Notes: generated from the letters alone by a model not told the origin. A stretch of DNA of 50,271 nt from Candidatus Omnitrophota bacterium (GCA_023818695.1 JAMWCF010000004.1:1-50271); one strand, 5' to 3'; positions 17,103 to 26,828 are shown, numbered from the stretch's first letter. Translations and numbers: made by a program.

Positions 17103-20100
17103 CTACTGGGATTCGGTCTGGCCGGCGGCGGAAGAAACGGAAAGAGGAACCGGCCTGGCTGAAAGGAAATCCCCCTGGCGGATCGAAAGGCGGTTCTCCA
17201 TTTTCCTGGTGATATAGGCCATCGCCAAACCACTCTGATCGATGTCGCCCAGCTCGACCTCCACCACCTCTTTGCCTCCGGCGCTCAAGCGCATCGCCGA
17301 CCCGGCCTTCGCCCACTCAACATTCTCGACGGAGAGAACCAGGAATCCGAGTTTATCCTCCACGCGATAGACCTTGACCGGAGAAACCGGTCCCTCGGCG
17401 AGGGCGGGTGGCGGTTCCTGCGGCTGGAGCGCAGCCGTTTCCGTGCCAGCCGACGGCCGACTGATGGAGGGGATGGGGGCCGACGGCGGTTCCTGTTCGA
17501 TCGGACGCCTTAACTCCTCGCGCAATCGCTTCAAATCCCGCTCCTTTTCATCCAGCTGTTCCGTTAGGGTCCTGATCCGGTCTTCGTAACCGCTTTTCAC
17601 GGTGTCCCTTTCCTGCAGACTCTGCTGGTAGGCGGCCTGCGCTGTCTGAAGATCTTTCTGGAGCCGATCCAATTCCAGCCGGATGGAACGCTCCTCGGTC
17701 AGGAACTGGTCCTCTCTCCCCTGGGCCTGGATCCGGTACCTCTGGGTCTCGGACTGGGCGTCGGCCAACTCCTTCCGGAGCGCCGTCCTTTCGGACTGCA
17801 TCCTGTCCAGCTGCTCATCCCGTTCTCCCAGCGTCAGCTTGAGGGTGTCCCTCTCCTGCTCCAGCAGACCGATCTGGTCCCGAAGACGACCGGCCTCTTC
17901 CCGGAGCCCACGGAGTTCATTGAGCTGTTCGGATTGGACCCTCTGGCTGATCCTCAACTGTTCCTGGATATCGGCCAAAGTCTGCTGCGTGCTGGTGTAA
18001 TCGGACTTCACCTGCGAAGATGCGGATTTCAGGTCGGCCAGAGAGGAGGTCAGCCGCCGGAGTTCCTCCTCTTTCGCTTCAAGTGTCTGCTTGAGGCGGT
18101 CATTTTCCGTTACCAGCGCGGCCTGCTGCCTCTCCAGGCGCCGGATCTCTTCCTGCTGACCGGCTATCTTCTGCTGGGCATCCGTCGAGAATTTCGAAAG
18201 ATCCGTCGCCTCCCGCTGAAGGGTCTGCTGCAGCTCTTCCAAATGCTGAATCCTCTCCTGCAAATCGGACACATGGGCCTGCGAGGCCTCCAACCGGACC
18301 TCCTGCCTCTCCCGGCTCTGGCTCAATTCGGTATTCAGCTGCCGAACATGGGAAAGAGCCTCCGACAGCTTCAAACGCTCGCTCTTCAACTGCGCCAGTT
18401 GCTGCTGGGCCTGGTCAAGCGCGGTGCTTCGATACGCGGCCTCCTCCTGCTGCGCCTGGATCTTCATCTGGGCCGCTGCCAACCCCTTCTGCGCTTCCAC
18501 CATCTGGGCTTGGATCTTATCGGCCGCCTCCTGCTGCGCCTTCACCTGTTTCTCCAGAAAATCCGCTCTCTGAAGCAGCGTGCCTCTTTCCTCGGATAGG
18601 GCTTCTATCTCCTTCTGCGCGGCCCGGATCGCTTCTTCTCTCGATTGAAGGGTCCCCTTTAACTCATCCAACGTTTTCTGGAGTTCGGCCTCCCGCTGGT
18701 TCAGGCGGACGTTGTTGTCCCGCTCTTGCGCCAGCTGTTTTTCCATCTGGGCAAGGGCGCTGCGCCCCGCCTCAAGCTGGGCGCTTTTTGCCTGCAGCGA
18801 CTCCGTCAGCACCGCTCCCTCCTTCTTCGCCTGGGAAAGCTCCTGGACAATCTCCTTGATCCGGCTGTCCAGCTGGCTCTTCTCCTTCTGCGCCCCTTTT
18901 AGGGAGTTCTCCAACTGGGCGATCTTCCTGGCTGCCTGGGTCGCCTCATCCTCCAACCGGGATTTCATGTTCCGGAAATCATCCAAAGATCTGGAAAGAT
19001 CCCCCTGCGTCTCCTGAAGCTGCTGCTGTAGCTTGGCCTCCTTCTTGGACGCTTCCTCCAAACGGCGGACCAGGGAACCACGCTCTTCCTGGACGCGCTG
19101 AATCTGCTCCTTCAGGCCGACGATGAGATCATGCTGCTCTTCCCTGGCCTTGCCCAGCTCACCAGCCAGCTTCTGGAGCCGATCCAGCTCCTTGGCCTGA
19201 AGGGAGCGCTCCTGCGCCATCAAGGCCAGATCATTCTCGAGAACCGCCGTCGCCTCCTTCTGCTTGCGGCGCTCTTCCCGCTCCGTCTGCAACTGCTGGT
19301 TGGCGGCGGCGAGCTCTTTCGACAGGCGTTCCGCGGTCCTGCCGGCGTTTTCCACCTCCTGTTTCAGCTTCAGCACCGATTCTTCCGACAGCCCGAGCGT
19401 TTTCCTCATCTGGGCAAGATCGGCTTCACGCTGGGCGAGCTCTTTCCGAAGCTGCTCGACCGCCTTCTTCCCCTCCTGGTCCGACTGGGACAGACGGCGG
19501 ATCTCTTCTGACTTCGCCCGGATCTCTTTCTGGTCGATTCTCCCCTGTTCCTCCAGCGCATTCGAAGAGGCGGCAAGAGCCGATAACTCCTTGCGCGCCG
19601 AAGCCAGCTCCGCCTCCATCTGCTGCCGCGTCCTCTTCAAATCGGCATACTCCCGGCGCAGGTTTTCCAACTCGGCGGAAAGAGCCCTGACCTTTTCCTG
19701 TTCCTCTCGCACAGTGGCTTCCAAACGGGCTTCGGACGCTTCCTTGGCTTGCCTGGCCTCTTGAAGTTCTTTGTCGGTCTTCTGAAGCCGCTCCTCCAAA
19801 CGGGAGGCCTGTGTCGAAGCCGCTTCCAGCTCCTTCTCCAGCGCCGCCTTTCTATCCTGGAGCCCCAACACCTCCTTTTTCAGATCGGCCAGAACAAGCT
19901 GCTGCTCTGCCCGCTCCGCCCGAAGATCGTCGTTGAACTGCCTCTGTTTGGCCAGTTCGGCCTCCCGCATTTTCAGATCCTCCGTCAAAACAGCCGCCCG
20001 CCTTTCGAGCTGATCGATGGAAGTGGTGAGATCCCGGTTCCTCTTTTCACTGCTGCGAAGGGATTCCTGCGCGGAACCGAGCTGCTTGCCTAGAACCTGC

Positions 20101-21938
20101 GATGTCTCCCTGAACCGCATTGCCTCTTTTTCCAAAGAGGCGATCCTTTCACTGGCCTTCTTCAGCTCTCCCTGCACACCCGCCAAAAGGGCTTCCTTCT
20201 CCTGCCACTCTTTCTGCAAGTCGGCCAGCTCTTGCTCGACCTCCTCCAAGCGGCCGCGCAGCGTGGACTCCCGCTGGCGGCTTTCCGCCAGTTGCTGCGA
20301 AAGCTCCCTCTCCTTCCGGCGAACCACCTCCAGCTCCTTTTCAAGCTCACCCTGCGTCTCGCGCTTGGATTTCTGAAGTTCCGCAAACGCAATTTCCTTC
20401 TCTCTCAAAGTCGACTGGGTCTCTTTCAGACCCGCTCGCGCGCTCTCCAGCTCTTTTTCCAAGCTGGCTTTACCCGCATCCAACCTTTCAACCTGCCTCT
20501 GAAGAGCCGCCAACTCCGCCCGTTGCTTCTCCCCCTCCCTCGTCAACTCCATGGAAAGGGACTGGAGCCGCTTCAACTCCTCCTCCCTGATTCTTCCCGC
20601 TTCTTCAGCGGCTGCCAGTTTCGTCTCCAGACCGCCTATCCTCTGCTGAAGATCCTTGTTCTGCTTCTGCTCTCTCCACAGCTCATCCCGGGCGGCGCGC
20701 AGGGTCTCGGAAAAGGATTTTGACTCCTCCCTCAACCGGGCGACCGTCTGATCCAGCGTCGCGGAACCCCCTTCCAGATCCTTTAATTCCCGCTCAAGCA
20801 GACCAATCCGGTCCTCCTTTTCCTTCAACTGCTTTTGGAGCGAAGCAACCTGCTTTGTCAGCAATTCCTGGGATGAAACCGCCTGCCTTATCTGATTCGC
20901 CTTCTCCTGCAGCTCTTTCTGAACCGCAGCGTGCTCTTTCCGAAGTTTTTCATACTCCTGATCCCGCTTGGCGAACGATTCCTTTTCCGCGCGCGATCCT
21001 TCCAGGGCGACCGACAACCGCTGTTTCTCCGATTCCGCCGATGCCAACCGCTCCTTCAGATCCAGCTCTGATTTCCGGACGGCTTCCAGCTCACCCGTGA
21101 GAGACCCGATCCTCCTCTGAAGGTCCTGTAGCGCGGCATCATGATCGGATTTGGCCTTCAGGAGATCACCCTGTTCCCGCTGGGCGGCCGCAGCCATCTT
21201 CCGGGAGGCGTCCAGCTCCTGGTTCAAACGAGCGATCTCAAGGCGCAGCGGCTGGGCCGTCTGTTCGGTCTGCGCTCCCGCTGCCCTCGACAAATCCATC
21301 TGTCGGTTCAGGGAAATCAGCTGTTCCTTCAGCTCCTCCTGCGAACGGCGAAGCCGCCGGATCTCTTCCTCCTTCTGTCCGAGCAGAAGCTCCATATCCG
21401 ACGCCGGCGCGGGAGCCGACTCGGACCGGACAGCCGGCTCCCGCGCCGGCGGTTCCGCAGCGGAATCACCCAAAGCAGCGGCGAGGCGGTAAAAATCCAG
21501 GAAAACCTTCTCCCCGGAAAGATTCTGGAAAATCTGGTCCAGAAGAACCGGGAAATCCCCCGCCAACGGGTGTCCCTCGAACTTATCCTCGGCAATCCCC
21601 AGCAAGGGGATGGCCCATCTTCTGGCGTAATTCACCTCTTCGTCGGGGCCGTAATAGTGGACCCGGCTGACCGACGGCTGCTCGGCAAGCTGGATCAGCG
21701 CGGAGGTGAGGGAGCCGTCATCGATCAGAATCCGGGGAAAGAGATTCGCCGCCCTCTGCGCGGCCGGATAGCGGGACAGCGCCGTCTGGCTCACGACGAC
21801 CCACACCCCGGGCTGGGGATTCAGTCCCTCTCTGGCCTGGTCGATAATCTCCTCCTGCGCCCTTGAAAAGGGAACAGGCCCGCACACCGCCATGCTGAAA
21901 ACGACGGTAAAAATAAAAAGCTTGAAGCTGACTTTCAT
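17103..21938 (-). CDS. Exported giant coiled-coil protein (1611 aa) with small N- and C-terminal globular domains
   Basis: Signal peptide MKVSFKLFIFTVVFSMAVCGPVPFSRA, ~1300 aa of E/Q/L/K/R/A heptad-rich sequence, Pro-rich linker, C-terminal beta domain (VKVYRVEDKLGFLVL..SIRQGDFL). No Walker A motif. Confidence 0.88.
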   Translation of the reverse strand: MKVSFKLFIFTVVFSMAVCGPVPFSRAQEEIIDQAREGLNPQPGVWVVVSQTALSRYPAAQRAANLFPRILIDDGSLTSALIQLAEQPSVSRVHYYGPDEEVNYARRWAIPLLGIAEDKFEGHPLAGDFPVLLDQIFQNLSGEKVFLDFYRLAAALGDSAAEPPAREPAVRSESAPAPASDMELLLGQKEEEIRRLRRSQEELKEQLISLNRQMDLSRAAGAQTEQTAQPLRLEIARLNQELDASRKMAAAAQREQGDLLKAKSDHDAALQDLQRRIGSLTGELEAVRKSELDLKERLASAESEKQRLSVALEGSRAEKESFAKRDQEYEKLRKEHAAVQKELQEKANQIRQAVSSQELLTKQVASLQKQLKEKEDRIGLLERELKDLEGGSATLDQTVARLREESKSFSETLRAARDELWREQKQNKDLQQRIGGLETKLAAAEEAGRIREEELKRLQSLSMELTREGEKQRAELAALQRQVERLDAGKASLEKELESARAGLKETQSTLREKEIAFAELQKSKRETQGELEKELEVVRRKERELSQQLAESRQRESTLRGRLEEVEQELADLQKEWQEKEALLAGVQGELKKASERIASLEKEAMRFRETSQVLGKQLGSAQESLRSSEKRNRDLTTSIDQLERRAAVLTEDLKMREAELAKQRQFNDDLRAERAEQQLVLADLKKEVLGLQDRKAALEKELEAASTQASRLEERLQKTDKELQEARQAKEASEARLEATVREEQEKVRALSAELENLRREYADLKRTRQQMEAELASARKELSALAASSNALEEQGRIDQKEIRAKSEEIRRLSQSDQEGKKAVEQLRKELAQREADLAQMRKTLGLSEESVLKLKQEVENAGRTAERLSKELAAANQQLQTEREERRKQKEATAVLENDLALMAQERSLQAKELDRLQKLAGELGKAREEQHDLIVGLKEQIQRVQEERGSLVRRLEEASKKEAKLQQQLQETQGDLSRSLDDFRNMKSRLEDEATQAARKIAQLENSLKGAQKEKSQLDSRIKEIVQELSQAKKEGAVLTESLQAKSAQLEAGRSALAQMEKQLAQERDNNVRLNQREAELQKTLDELKGTLQSREEAIRAAQKEIEALSEERGTLLQRADFLEKQVKAQQEAADKIQAQMVEAQKGLAAAQMKIQAQQEEAAYRSTALDQAQQQLAQLKSERLKLSEALSHVRQLNTELSQSRERQEVRLEASQAHVSDLQERIQHLEELQQTLQREATDLSKFSTDAQQKIAGQQEEIRRLERQQAALVTENDRLKQTLEAKEEELRRLTSSLADLKSASSQVKSDYTSTQQTLADIQEQLRISQRVQSEQLNELRGLREEAGRLRDQIGLLEQERDTLKLTLGERDEQLDRMQSERTALRKELADAQSETQRYRIQAQGREDQFLTEERSIRLELDRLQKDLQTAQAAYQQSLQERDTVKSGYEDRIRTLTEQLDEKERDLKRLREELRRPIEQEPPSAPIPSISRPSAGTETAALQPQEPPPALAEGPVSPVKVYRVEDKLGFLVLSVENVEWAKAGSAMRLSAGGKEVVEVELGDIDQSGLAMAYITRKMENRLSIRQGDFLSARPVPLSVSSAAGQTESQ

Positions 21939-22972
21939 TGTTCTCTCCTGGCACGCTGGGCGTTTAGTTGTTCCGACAAATCGAGGGCAAGCACGAGATC
22001 GGCTATCCGGTTGTTGGCGGCCGCCAGCTCATTCTTCATCCGAGCATACTCATCCTGGCGCTGCTGAAGCTCCCGAGCCAGCTGTTCTTTGGCGTTCACC
22101 GCCTCCTGAAGCTCCCGCTGGAGATGCTCCAACCGCTGCTGGGACTCCGTCTTGAGATCCGCCATCTGGCGCTCCAGCTTATTCATCCCGGATCGCGCGC
22201 TCTTGGCGCTTCGTTCAAAGTGGTTGCGCTCCTCCTCCAGTTTCTCCATTTTGGCTTCCAGGAAATCGAGCCGGTCCTGCAGTTTCTCCTTCTGCCGGAC
22301 GACCGGCTCCGCCTGCCGCCGGGCCTGCTGGACAGCTCTCTCCAAGCTCTTTTTCTCCGACTCCAAACGGCGATTCTCGACATCCAAGGAGGCTACTCGC
22401 TCTTTCAGGCCGGTTATTTCGTTCTGCGCCTCCTGCAAAGAAAGCTCCACCCTGGCCAACTGGCGATTCTTCTCATTCAGGGCCTGGCGTTCCGCTTTCA
22501 ATTCCGCCTGCAGCCCCTTTTGGAACCTCTCGATCCCATCCATACCGCTCTGGATCGCCTGAAGCCGGGCGGTCCGTTCCTGCAACATTCGGATCAATTC
22601 TTCGGGGCTCTTTTTGCCCAACTGGACCGGATCCAGATTGACCGCGCCCGGCCGAACATCCATGCTGGAAAGCTCCAAGCGCGTCCGTTCCAGGTCGCTT
22701 TTCACACGGGCCAGCTCCTGCCGCTGGCCCGCCAACTCCTGCTTCGTCTCTTCCAGCTCCTTTTCGAGATGGTCCCGGCGCTCCTGGACCTTGGCCAGCT
22801 CCTCGCGGATTCCTTTGACCTGCCGCATTTGAGAGGCCAAGGCCTGACGGTCTTGAAGACGGCTCTTTACCGCTTCCGAACGGGAAATTATTTTCCAGGC
22901 GACGCTGGTGAGCAGGACGGCGGCGATGGCGATCAAAAGGTACTTACCCCACAGCCCCCGGGGCTTGGTCAT
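21935..22972 (-). CDS. Membrane-anchored coiled-coil protein (~345 aa)
   Basis: N-terminal TM (KYLLIAIAAVLLTSVAW) followed by continuous heptads. The stop overlaps the next ATG. Start is ATG 22972 (alternative TTG 23008). Confidence 0.82.
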   Translation of the reverse strand: MTKPRGLWGKYLLIAIAAVLLTSVAWKIISRSEAVKSRLQDRQALASQMRQVKGIREELAKVQERRDHLEKELEETKQELAGQRQELARVKSDLERTRLELSSMDVRPGAVNLDPVQLGKKSPEELIRMLQERTARLQAIQSGMDGIERFQKGLQAELKAERQALNEKNRQLARVELSLQEAQNEITGLKERVASLDVENRRLESEKKSLERAVQQARRQAEPVVRQKEKLQDRLDFLEAKMEKLEEERNHFERSAKSARSGMNKLERQMADLKTESQQRLEHLQRELQEAVNAKEQLARELQQRQDEYARMKNELAAANNRIADLVLALDLSEQLNAQRARREQ

Positions 22973-23014
22973 GGACCCTTCCTGTCCCCTCTGTTTTTCT
23001 TCAGGCAAGGATTA

Positions 23015-23291
23015 GAGCCCCTTTCACAACCTGGCGTGAGCCGGGTTGCGTGCGCCAGGCGGCCAGATCCAAGGAACGACGACGAAGGCGTACTCCCTGG
23101 AGCACGTCGAGGAGGAGTGACGCCGGAGATGGCCGCCTGCCGCCGCAACCCGAAGGGCTGGGTTGAAATGCATCGCATCGCTTCGTCGCTCGTCGTCGCC
23201 GTATCTTGGTTCCATGATACGTCTCCTCCTCGCTCCTCGCGCTGCTCGCATTTGAGCCCAGCGCGGCCACGCGAGGTTGTGAAAGGGGCTC
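23015..23291. mobile_element. MITE (277 bp) with 24-bp terminal inverted repeats and TTA target-site duplication
   Basis: Left end GAGCCCCTTTCACAACCTGGCGTG (23015-23038); right end CACGCGAGGTTGTGAAAGGGGCTC (23268-23291); 23/24 match. TTA lies on both flanks (23012-14, 23292-94). No transposase ORF inside. Confidence 0.88.
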
Positions 23292-23924
23292 TTATTTTTT
23301 CTTCGTTTTCTTGGTTGTTGCGGCCGGCTTCTCCGGTTGAGCGGCCGGCGGGGATGTCGGCTGCGCCTGCTGCGAGACAGACGTCTCCTCGGCAGGCGGC
23401 TGCGCCGGCGTTTCCGTGGCCGGAGGCGGTTCAGGGGGGGCAGCCGGCTTGAGCCGCCCGGAGAAGGACCAGTCGGTCACTGTGCCGCTGGCATCATGCT
23501 GACTCAAGATGCCGCTCATGGTTTCTCCAAAGAGCTGTCCCTGCCAGAAAACCACGTCTCCCCCCTCCGAAGCGCTCTGCATCGTCTCCCAGACGGGCAC
23601 CCCGCCCTTGATCGAAATGCTGAAATTGGTCGGTTCGTATCCCTTCTTCCCGAACCATTCGGAGCTGATTTTTCCCTTTTCGAAACGGAGGATGTCCGCA
23701 ACGGCCTTTTCCTTTTTGTCGCTCATGGGGGCCAGTTGAATTTCCCACTGGGTGCCGTTCAGGGCTTCGCGGGCCTTCTTCTCCGCTTCCAGGGCCAGCT
23801 CTTCCGGGGTTTTCTGCGGCTTCGCCGTCGTCGGCGCGGGTTTCTTGGCGCTCCAGCCATCCGAAGCCCACAGAAAAACCGCGAGAAAACCGGCCAACCA
23901 CACGAAGGACTTTCTATTCGTCAT
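23292..23924 (-). CDS. Secreted protein carrying the same beta domain as the C-terminus of the RAYT fusion, with a Pro/Ala/Lys-rich tail (~210 aa)
   Basis: Signal peptide (MTNRKSFVWLAGFLAVFLWASDGWSA), then LNGTQWEIQLAPM..DILRF..WETMQ..VVFWQG..MSGILS. Alternative start at 23951. Confidence 0.82.
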   Translation of the reverse strand: MTNRKSFVWLAGFLAVFLWASDGWSAKKPAPTTAKPQKTPEELALEAEKKAREALNGTQWEIQLAPMSDKKEKAVADILRFEKGKISSEWFGKKGYEPTNFSISIKGGVPVWETMQSASEGGDVVFWQGQLFGETMSGILSQHDASGTVTDWSFSGRLKPAAPPEPPPATETPAQPPAEETSVSQQAQPTSPPAAQPEKPAATTKKTKKK

Positions 23925-23947
23925 CTTCTCTCTCCGATCTGTCCCGA

Positions 23948-25099
23948 TCATTCTACCAGTTTCTTTTCTGTCTCCAAAGTTTCCCATGACGCGATGTATT
24001 TTCTCACCCAGGAAGCGTCCTGCGCGTGAGGCTTCAACTGAAGGTACTTCCGAAAAAACTGGACCGCTTTTTCGGTATCCGGAATATACTCGGCATAAAT
24101 GACGCCGATGTTGTAATAAGCATCGGCGTCATCGGGCCTGATCTCAACGACCTTCTTGAATTCTTTCAGCGACTTGCCGTACTGTTTCTGCTCCGTCAGC
24201 AAAACGCCCAGGTTGTAATGCATGTCGGCCGTTTCCTTCACCAGCCGCTCATGCTGGCGGGCCAGCTTCGTCACTTCCGAGGGGACCCTGTTTGCCCTCC
24301 TCTCCAGCTCTTCGCTCTCGGCGACGAGGGCGATATAATCTTTTTCGAGCTTCTTGAGCCGGTCCATCAACTTCTGCAGCTGCGCTCTGCCTTTCTCCTC
24401 TTTGTCCGAGACCTCGCGCAGCGCTTTCTCGGCCGCCTTCAGTTCCCTTTCATTTTCCGCTAGCTCTTTTTCCCGCTCAAGCAGTTCCTTCTTCAGCTGC
24501 TGCTCCTTCGCCCCTTTCTGTGCGAGAGTCAGCTGGCGCTGGACCGCATCCCGCTGGGCCGTCAGCTTCTCGTTCATCTCCTTCAGGGAGGCCATCTGGC
24601 TCTCCAGCGGTTCCCTCTGTCCCAACAAGAGTCTGTTTTCGCGAGTCAGCCGCTTGATCACGGCATTCAGGCGCTGTCTTTCCCCCGCCAGAAGCTGGCG
24701 GTCCCCCTGCAGCCCTCTCAACTGCGACGCCAGACTGTCCCGCTCCTCGATCAAAACCTGTTTTGCCTGGTCCCACACCGCCTGTTCCCGCTGCAGCCGG
24801 GCATGCTCTTTCTCCAGATCCGCGTATTTCCGACTCAAGCTGTTGTAATCCTGCTGGAGCAGCTCCCATTGGTGGCCCAGAGAAGCGTACTGCTCCGAGA
24901 GGATCCTCTTGCGCTCTTTGGTCTGGGCCAGCTGGGTGGAGAGATCACCGTTGAGATAAAACAAGACGAAGACCACGCTGATCCACACCAGCGTCCCGGT
25001 CAGGTAAATGATCCTTCTCTTCCAGCTGAACGGCGCGGGAGCGCTTCTGGGCGAAAAGGACGCCGGCTGCGGCGGGGGAGTGGGTATCTCTGTCGTCAA
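23948..25099 (-). CDS. Membrane-anchored coiled-coil protein with C-terminal TPR repeats
   Basis: TM IIYLTGTLVWISVVFVLFYL, ~230 aa coiled coil, TPRs MHYNLGVLL and AYYNIGVIY. Confidence 0.85.
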   Translation of the reverse strand: MTTEIPTPPPQPASFSPRSAPAPFSWKRRIIYLTGTLVWISVVFVLFYLNGDLSTQLAQTKERKRILSEQYASLGHQWELLQQDYNSLSRKYADLEKEHARLQREQAVWDQAKQVLIEERDSLASQLRGLQGDRQLLAGERQRLNAVIKRLTRENRLLLGQREPLESQMASLKEMNEKLTAQRDAVQRQLTLAQKGAKEQQLKKELLEREKELAENERELKAAEKALREVSDKEEKGRAQLQKLMDRLKKLEKDYIALVAESEELERRANRVPSEVTKLARQHERLVKETADMHYNLGVLLTEQKQYGKSLKEFKKVVEIRPDDADAYYNIGVIYAEYIPDTEKAVQFFRKYLQLKPHAQDASWVRKYIASWETLETEKKLVE

Positions 25100-25100
25100 T

Positions 25101-26828
25101 TCAGGACCGTTCCCTCATGCTTTTCCGGAGCCGGAATCTGGGCGGTGACGGCTCTTCTTCCCGCGGTTTTTCCTCCAGCTCTTCGAGGCGGGGATCATCC
25201 TCCCTGATCGGATTATAATCCCGGAAGGACTTGAAAGCCCCGGTCTTCTCGTCCCCGGAAACGAACTCATCCCCGCTGACGATGTGGGGCGTGATGAAAA
25301 CGACGAGCTCCTGGCGAGAATTGTCCCTGTCCCTCTGGCGGAAGAACTCTCCGAATAGCGGAATGCGGCCGAAAAGCGGGACCTGGTCGTTCTCGTATTT
25401 TTTCGTGTCCTGGGCCAATCCCCCCAGAACAACCGTCGTACCATCCTTGACCATCACAAGCGTCTCCGCGGTGGAGGTGCTGACGATCGGGATCTGGTTG
25501 CCAATGGGAGTCGTAAGGGTCCTAACCACGCTGCTGACCTCCGGCTTGATTTTCATGGTGATGTATCCGTCGGAATTGATCGACGGCGTGACGGAAAGCT
25601 GGGTCCCCACATCGATGAACTGCACCTGCTCGGCGGTCGTGCTCGTGGACTGTCCGGTGGTGGTGGTCGTGGTCACGTAGGCCTCCCTCGTCCCCACGAG
25701 GATCTTGGCCTCCTGGTTGTGCACCACGAGCACCCTCGGGGTCGCCACCAGCTTTGTCTGCCCCAGGGTTTCCAGATAGCGTAGCAGCTCGTAGCCGTCG
25801 TTATTCAGGAGGCCCAACGCCAGCTTCCCCCATTTGTTGCCCAGCGGAACCTGGGCGACGGAGGCGGCCGTGGTGGTGGAGGTCTGGCGGAAGTCCGCCA
25901 CTTTGTCGACCCCATGGAACTTGATGTTCCTGAAAACGGCGTCCCAGTCGATGCCGCTGTCCAGATTGTCCGTGAGGTTCACCTGGATGATCTTGGCGTC
26001 GATCAGAACCTCCCGCGTCTTCCGATCCAGCAGGGCGATCATCCTCTCCACATCCTTCATCCGGTCAGGCAGTGTTTTGACGATCAGCTGGTTGCTGCGT
26101 TCGTCCGCCTTGACGAACCCGAGCTTCCGGAGCTCCAGATGGTCCTTCAACCGCTCCTCTATCTGCTTGGCGTTAGCGTACCGAAGATCGAAAACACGGA
26201 TCGTCGCCTGCTTCTCAAGGGTCTCCAACGCGCTCTCGATCCGCTGAAGAGCGGCCGGCGTGTCCATGATGACCACCGTGGCGGAATCCTCATCGACGAG
26301 CAGGCGGCCGATTTCGCTCTTCAGCGCGTCCAGCATGTTGAAAGCCGCCTCCGGCGCGGCGTATTTCAGTCGGAACGTCTGAACCTGCCTCAAGTCCGAG
26401 TATTTCTTTCCGTTGAGGACCTTGTACTCCTCCTCGGACATCACGTGGTAGATGTTCCCCTGCCTCATGTAAGCCAACCCGTTGCTGCGCAGAATCAGCT
26501 CAAACACATCCCGGATCGGCACGTCCGTCAAAGAAAGGGTGACCCGGCCGGTCACCGTCTTGGTCGTCGCCAGGTTGAACCCACCTTTCAGGGCCAGATA
26601 TTTCAGAGCGTCCACGACATCGGTGGATTTGAAATCAAGGGAAACCGGCTCCTCCATGCCCCGGGAAGGTATGGCCGCCGCTTCAGGCGTCACGGCGGCG
26701 AATTGCTGACTCTCCTCTTGAGCGAGAGCCGGAGAAGGGTGCGCGGCGAGGGACGCGAGTAAAAAGGAAAAGGCGGCGACTCCGGCCTTCGCTGTTTTTT
26801 CAATACGACAGACGGATCTCTTTGCCAT
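25101..26828 (-). CDS. Secretin (GspD/PilQ family outer-membrane channel, ~575 aa)
   Basis: VSLDFK..DVVDAL, FRLKYA and FDLRYA N-domains, ADERSNQLIV, EVLIDAKIIQV, TPRVLVVHNQEAKILVG, VQFIDVGTQLSVTPSI, VKDGTTVVLGGL, VPLFGRIPLFGEFF, ELVVFITPHIV. Confidence 0.93.
   Translation of the reverse strand: MAKRSVCRIEKTAKAGVAAFSFLLASLAAHPSPALAQEESQQFAAVTPEAAAIPSRGMEEPVSLDFKSTDVVDALKYLALKGGFNLATTKTVTGRVTLSLTDVPIRDVFELILRSNGLAYMRQGNIYHVMSEEEYKVLNGKKYSDLRQVQTFRLKYAAPEAAFNMLDALKSEIGRLLVDEDSATVVIMDTPAALQRIESALETLEKQATIRVFDLRYANAKQIEERLKDHLELRKLGFVKADERSNQLIVKTLPDRMKDVERMIALLDRKTREVLIDAKIIQVNLTDNLDSGIDWDAVFRNIKFHGVDKVADFRQTSTTTAASVAQVPLGNKWGKLALGLLNNDGYELLRYLETLGQTKLVATPRVLVVHNQEAKILVGTREAYVTTTTTTGQSTSTTAEQVQFIDVGTQLSVTPSINSDGYITMKIKPEVSSVVRTLTTPIGNQIPIVSTSTAETLVMVKDGTTVVLGGLAQDTKKYENDQVPLFGRIPLFGEFFRQRDRDNSRQELVVFITPHIVSGDEFVSGDEKTGAFKSFRDYNPIREDDPRLEELEEKPREEEPSPPRFRLRKSMRERS

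Noticed and set aside
17103-21938. SMC/chromosome segregation protein
   Set aside because: No Walker A/B, signature motif or hinge is visible, and a signal peptide is present.
23001-23270. Small ORFs of 69-89 aa in this interval
   Set aside because: They lie within the MITE and have no protein-like features.
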